Positions 20,133 through 24,000 of a stretch of DNA of 24,000 nucleotides are shown here, piece after piece; positions within the stretch are counted from its first letter, which is position 1; every line of letters starts with the position of its first letter. The position numbers were made by a program, and so were the translations under genes. The notes beneath the pieces were generated by a model, which worked only from the letters and a program-made list of their open reading frames with translations, made no database searches and had not been told where the DNA came from. The stretch is from an uncultured Pirellulales bacterium (lineage in GTDB: Bacteria; Planctomycetota; Phycisphaerae; Sedimentisphaerales; Anaerohalosphaeraceae): positions 20,562-44,561 of the forward strand of contig CAZXPW010000025.1 of the NCBI GenBank assembly GCA_964643355.1, in the 5' to 3' direction.

Positions 20133-23100
20133 TTACTCGCCCTTCACTTTCAACTCATGGATCGACCAGTACCACGAATCTGACGATCCCGTCTGGACAA
20201 TCTTGACGAACCGCGCGTGAACCGTCTTTCCAAAATCCAGCTCGGTAAGGGGCTTGTCAGACTCGCCGGTCAAAACCGGTTTGCCCCAGTTGCCCCCATC
20301 GAAGCTGACATAGACCTCGTACCCCTTTGGAAAATCGTTCGGGGAAGGAGTCGCATCGAGAATCAATCCTCGGATCGCCCGCTCGATCCCCAGATCCAGC
20401 ACGAACCAGTCGCCGGGCTTCATTGGTCGGCCGGTATCCCATCGGGTATCCATCTTTCCGTCAAAGGCCGCACCGGTCGCGCCTCCGTTCAACGACGCCG
20501 TCGCCCTCATATTCTGATTGGCCAGCGTCTCTTCAATCCTGCGGATCGTCCCGTCGGCCTCGGCCGAAAGCGTTGCGTCCGTCTTCCATTGTCGCGCCAT
20601 CTCCAGCGCCTCCTTGCATGGAAATTTCGTCAGCGCCGACAAAATCAGCCGCTTTTCTTCCGGCCGCCTGGCGATCTTCATCGCATCCCCAAGCAGCGAC
20701 ACGGTCTGCGCCGCCCCGCGATTGGCCGGCGTCGAAAGCAGCGTAATGTACCCCCGCAACGCCAGCGTCTGATTCCCCGCGTCAGGATCGTTCTGCGCCA
20801 GATCCAACAAGTCCTTCAACGGCGTCGGATCCGGCCATTCGGCCAGAGCCCGAATCGACGCCCGTTTGATTTCCGGCGTTGTCGAAGCCAGATTCGACCG
20901 CACAACGGCCAGCGCCTTCTCGCCGCCGATCTTCGGCAACAGGCCGAGCAACGATACCTTTGCCTCCGTCTGGCCTCGAGATAGCGCGTCCACAACCGGC
21001 TGAACATCGACCTGCTTGACTCGTGCAATCACCGCCGTCATTGCCCGTTCAAGATTACCGCGTTCTGCGGTTGTTTTCGCTTCACTAACCAACCGGACCA
21101 TTTGCGTAAATGCCGGACTGTCCCCCAGTTCACCCAGCGCCCGACTGGCCGCCCTCTGAACCTCGGCGTTGGTATCCGCGGCCGCTTTGACCAGCGCCGG
21201 CAGCGCAATTGTCTTGGCCCGGTCGATCACCGCCTGGATCGCGGCCGCACGAACAGGTCCCGTCGCCGAAGGCGATCCGACAAGGGCAACGATCTTGTCA
21301 TCCACACCCTCGCCCGACAACCGCGCAAGACTTTGCTGTGCGGCTTTGCCAATGTCACCGCCCGACGCCGCCTCGGCCGCCAGTTTCTCAACGCTGGTTG
21401 CGTCCCCCAGAATCGCCAGCGCCTTGACCGCGGCCAGTTTCACCGTCATATTGTCGCTTTCTGCCGCGAGTGCCACCGCGGCGGCAGCCACTTTATCCTG
21501 TCGCGTCTCCAGTGCCGCGATCAACACCGTTTGCCCCTGAGGATCCAGCGTCGAAAGCGAATCCGCAAATGCCTTCGTTGCCGCTTGGCCCGGCATCTCG
21601 GAGATGAATTTCGCCGCCGCAAGTTTCAGGTCCGCGTTGGGATCCTTCAAGAGCGCAATCACCTGCGGCACGGCCTTTTCTTTCTGCGATTGAACCAGGC
21701 CGCGATATGCCGCGATCCGGATCCAGGTCGAATGCTTTGCATCCGTCATCGACGAATAAATCGCCATCGCCTCGGCCGTCTTTCCCTGTTTCGCCAGAGA
21801 ATCCGCCGCCGCAATCAGCGCATCGTCCCGCTCGCCCTGGTGCACTGTTGCCACCTTGGCCGTCGTCAAAATCTTCACCGCCTCCGAACCGCCGATACGA
21901 CCCAGCGCCCGAATCGCCGCAAGGGCTGTGTTGCTGTCCGCATCCGTAACCAGCTTTCCGATCTCTGCCGCCGCGGCCGTTTCGCCGCGCTGTCCCAGCG
22001 ATCCGATCACGCCGATCCGTAAATCACCCGTCAGCGTCCCAAGGGCCTTTGTCAACGCCCCTCCCGCCTGCGGCGAGGGATTGTGCAGCAGCGCCATTCT
22101 CGCCAGATGAGAAGTGTCCTTGTCCGCAAGCATTGCCGTCATTGCCGGCACACACCTGTCCGTTCCGACGATCCGGAGCATCCGGCACACCCACTGCTTG
22201 CCGGCCAGCGTGATCTTCGGCGACTTCAACGCCTTCAAGAGTCCCTCTTCGACGACCGGATACTTCGAGACCGGCATCGTGCGCACCTGCTCCTCGATTT
22301 TTTCCAGTCCCGCCCGCGGCTTGTCAAAGTCATATCCGTCCAGCGGACCCCAATCGAGCTTGGCGCTGATCTGCGAACGAACGCTGGTTTTTGTCTCCGT
22401 CGGAAAATCGGCTGGCACCTCCGTCCGCGTTACCGTGCCCGTCGCGGCCCACTCGGCCCCGCGCTGCGTGGTCACGATAAACCCGACACACCGCATTTGC
22501 TCGGGTGCATGCCCCATCGCCTGGTGAAAAATCCTTCCCTTCCCGTAGCTGATCGTAAACAATACCGGCTCATCGCGGCCGGTTCCGCCGGTGGCCCTGT
22601 CCTGAATCGAGGTCGCTAGCAGTGTCATGTTCTTGCCCGGCCCGCGCAGACGGCTGTACAGTTCGTCTTTGACATGCAGCCATTTTTCCGGCAACCCCTT
22701 CATGATCGGGTGCTGCGTGTCACGCGCCGTGATCAGGTAATCGACCTGTTGACCGTGCGCCCCGCCGGGGCCGGGCGTCGCGTCGCGGACAATCTGGCCG
22801 TCCTTCCAATACACATACGGCCCGCTCTTTTCATTCCGGCCGCCCCAGCCGCCCAATCCGATCATTTCGTTCCACGCCGCCCAGTTTGGAAACGCGTTGT
22901 CCGCCGCGTGAATCACCACCAGTCCGCCGCCGTTGTTCATGTACCGCTCAAAGGCATCCTGTGTCGCCTTCGGCCAATCGTCCCCCGTGTAGTTGGACAC
23001 GATCACTTGGTATTGGGCAAAGTCCGGCTTGAAGGAATCCATCGGCTGACCCTGCGGCGGAGTCGTCGCCACATCCACGGTAAACAGTCCCGTCTCTTCA

Positions 23101-23240
23101 AGAATCTCCTTGAGGACCGGAGTGCATGCCTTCCAGTCGTGATTGTTCTGGCCATCGACGATCAGGGCCTTCATCGGAGCCGCCGAACAAACCCCCGCCG
23201 CCAAAATCATCGTCAACATCGTATATACAAATCGCTTCAT
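20133..23240 (-). CDS. Secreted multidomain protein: ThuA-like (class I amidotransferase-like) N-domain, long HEAT-repeat array, C-terminal F5/8 type C (discoidin) domain
   Basis: GGGAGA SD 8 nt before the ATG at 23240. Signal peptide MKRFVYTMLTMILAAGVCSA. ThuA-like block KALIVDGQNNHDW...YQVIVSNYTGDDWP...GGGLVVIHAADNAF. About 550 aa of HEAT-like repeats (D.D..VR.AA..ALG..G). C-terminus FDGKMDTRWDTG...GDWFVLDLG...YEVYVSFDGGNWG...ARFVKIVQTG...WSIHELKV is discoidin-like. Confidence 0.85.
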   Translation of the reverse strand: MKRFVYTMLTMILAAGVCSAAPMKALIVDGQNNHDWKACTPVLKEILEETGLFTVDVATTPPQGQPMDSFKPDFAQYQVIVSNYTGDDWPKATQDAFERYMNNGGGLVVIHAADNAFPNWAAWNEMIGLGGWGGRNEKSGPYVYWKDGQIVRDATPGPGGAHGQQVDYLITARDTQHPIMKGLPEKWLHVKDELYSRLRGPGKNMTLLATSIQDRATGGTGRDEPVLFTISYGKGRIFHQAMGHAPEQMRCVGFIVTTQRGAEWAATGTVTRTEVPADFPTETKTSVRSQISAKLDWGPLDGYDFDKPRAGLEKIEEQVRTMPVSKYPVVEEGLLKALKSPKITLAGKQWVCRMLRIVGTDRCVPAMTAMLADKDTSHLARMALLHNPSPQAGGALTKALGTLTGDLRIGVIGSLGQRGETAAAAEIGKLVTDADSNTALAAIRALGRIGGSEAVKILTTAKVATVHQGERDDALIAAADSLAKQGKTAEAMAIYSSMTDAKHSTWIRIAAYRGLVQSQKEKAVPQVIALLKDPNADLKLAAAKFISEMPGQAATKAFADSLSTLDPQGQTVLIAALETRQDKVAAAAVALAAESDNMTVKLAAVKALAILGDATSVEKLAAEAASGGDIGKAAQQSLARLSGEGVDDKIVALVGSPSATGPVRAAAIQAVIDRAKTIALPALVKAAADTNAEVQRAASRALGELGDSPAFTQMVRLVSEAKTTAERGNLERAMTAVIARVKQVDVQPVVDALSRGQTEAKVSLLGLLPKIGGEKALAVVRSNLASTTPEIKRASIRALAEWPDPTPLKDLLDLAQNDPDAGNQTLALRGYITLLSTPANRGAAQTVSLLGDAMKIARRPEEKRLILSALTKFPCKEALEMARQWKTDATLSAEADGTIRRIEETLANQNMRATASLNGGATGAAFDGKMDTRWDTGRPMKPGDWFVLDLGIERAIRGLILDATPSPNDFPKGYEVYVSFDGGNWGKPVLTGESDKPLTELDFGKTVHARFVKIVQTGSSDSWYWSIHELKVKGE

Positions 23241-23257
23241 CGTTTCATTCTCCCGCA

Positions 23258-23310
23258 TGTAGGGGCGAAAGGCATCCGCCCATCTTGTAGGGGCACGGCA
23301 CGCCGTGCCC
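23258..23310. repeat. Two adjacent TGTAGGGGC-headed palindromic units (REP-like intergenic element)
   Basis: Unit 1 is TGTAGGGGCGAAAGGCATCCGCCC (23258-23281). Unit 2 is TGTAGGGGCACGGCACGCCGTGCCC (23286-23310), whose GGGCACG/CGTGCCC arms form a hairpin. Both lie in the 87-bp gap between two - strand genes. Confidence 0.4.
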
Positions 23311-23327
23311 TCCTATTCATCATTCGC

Positions 23328-24000
23328 TCACAACACCCATGGCTCGCGATAACTCCGCCCCAGCAATGCCGACGCCTCCGGATCGCCGATGATTTCCTCG
23401 GTCTCGGGATTCCACTTGATCTTGCGCCCCGTCAACATCGCGATCTCTCCGAGCAGGCCGACGCTGATCGACCGAAAACCAACCTCCTCCGGACAGATCG
23501 TGGGCTTACGGCTCTTGACGCACTCGATGAAGTTCTGCTTGTGGTCGTTGCTCTCGTAGAGTTTGATCTCGTCGGGACCAATGACCTCCTTGAGAATCTT
23601 CTCGTCCGAGGCCTCCAGCACGCCGCGATTGACATGGATCCAGCCCTTCTCGCCGGTCCAGGTCGTCCCATCCCGGACCTGCGAACCGTCGCCGACAGTC
23701 ATCACAATCCCATTGGCATACTTACACTCAAACTTGTACCGCATCGGCACATTAAAGAGCCCTTCGGTCGGATACTCGCCCCGGCCCTCGATCTCCACCG
23801 GCCCGGTCGTGTCCCACCCCATGCCCCAGTGTGCGATATCGATGTGGTGGCCGGCCCAATCCGTTAATTGCCCCCCTGAATAGTCCATAATCCACCGCCA
23901 GTCCCAGTGACACACCCCGCGGAATGGAACCCACGGCGCCGGCCCCAGCCAGAAATCCCAATCCAGTCCGTCCGGCACCGGCTCGATTTTCCGCACGCCC
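23328..24000 (-). CDS. Gfo/Idh/MocA-family oxidoreductase, C-terminal part (5' end beyond the window)
   Basis: The reading frame stays open to the window edge. Sequence DFWLGPAPWVPF...WRWIMDYSGGQLTDWAGHHIDIAHWGMG...YANGIVMTV...NFIECVKSRKPTICPEEVGFRSISVGLLGEIA resembles the C-terminal alpha/beta domain of the Gfo/Idh/MocA dehydrogenases that I recall being reported next to ThuA-like genes. Confidence 0.8.
   Translation of the reverse strand, partial: GVRKIEPVPDGLDWDFWLGPAPWVPFRGVCHWDWRWIMDYSGGQLTDWAGHHIDIAHWGMGWDTTGPVEIEGRGEYPTEGLFNVPMRYKFECKYANGIVMTVGDGSQVRDGTTWTGEKGWIHVNRGVLEASDEKILKEVIGPDEIKLYESNDHKQNFIECVKSRKPTICPEEVGFRSISVGLLGEIAMLTGRKIKWNPETEEIIGDPEASALLGRSYREPWVL

Noticed and set aside
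20217-23867. Series of + strand ORFs (255, 306, 178 and 397 aa, and others) opposite the ThuA-HEAT-discoidin and oxidoreductase genes
   Set aside because: All are antisense to well-supported genes. They are extremely Arg/Pro/His-rich with no start context or motifs.
1-24000. Looked for CRISPR-like spaced repeats, IS or transposon terminal inverted repeats, integrase or transposase genes, tRNA/rRNA genes, toxin-antitoxin pairs and known defence-system hallmarks (nuclease, helicase, methylase)
   Set aside because: I could recognise none by eye. The only repeats seen are the short intergenic ones reported, and every ORF longer than 150 aa that I accept has an envelope, signalling or metabolic assignment.

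Overview
Gene-dense, moderately GC-rich bacterial chromosomal segment. I saw no rRNA, tRNA, CRISPR array, transposase or integrase. Left half (1-11.8 kb) is core envelope-growth machinery. A + strand elongasome operon (membrane-anchored coiled-coil protein, an unlisted 48-aa TM peptide, mreB, mreC, mreD, mrdA/PBP2) converges tail-to-tail, 35 bp apart, on a - strand truncated dcw operon (mraZ, a 71-aa ORF, rsmH, a bitopic LysM protein, an ftsL-like gene, ftsI/PBP3). No SEDS (rodA/ftsW), mur, ftsA or ftsZ genes follow either PBP gene. Right half is accessory. (i) A translationally coupled 4-gene operon: secreted duplicated LTxxQ (Spy/CpxP-like) Met/Gly-rich protein, ECF sigma factor, tiny Cys-free candidate anti-sigma, and a TM-anchored LTxxQ protein with a Gly/Pro-rich tail, ending at a strong bidirectional terminator. 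(ii) A - strand pair: a sensor-less hybrid histidine-kinase-like protein whose H-box His is a Tyr (DivL-like) with an intact receiver, then an orphan GspE/PilB-family ATPase with a tandem MshEN-like N-terminus. An AT-richer PEP-CTERM protein gene follows. (iii) A divergent 4-TM stand-alone C39-like cysteine peptidase. (iv) A small secreted protein, a 1035-aa ThuA-HEAT-discoidin protein and a partial Gfo/Idh/MocA oxidoreductase. The gene content (PEP-CTERM, ThuA-HEAT-F5/8 giant, dcw cluster without ftsZ nearby) suggests a PVC-superphylum organism, possibly Planctomycetota/Phycisphaerae-like; this is a low-confidence inference. All functional calls rest on motifs read from the translations; no database search was run. 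The candidates I would pursue first are the Tyr-for-His kinase plus orphan secretion-ATPase module, the ECF/LTxxQ operon, and the LysM and coiled-coil proteins embedded in the division and elongation operons.
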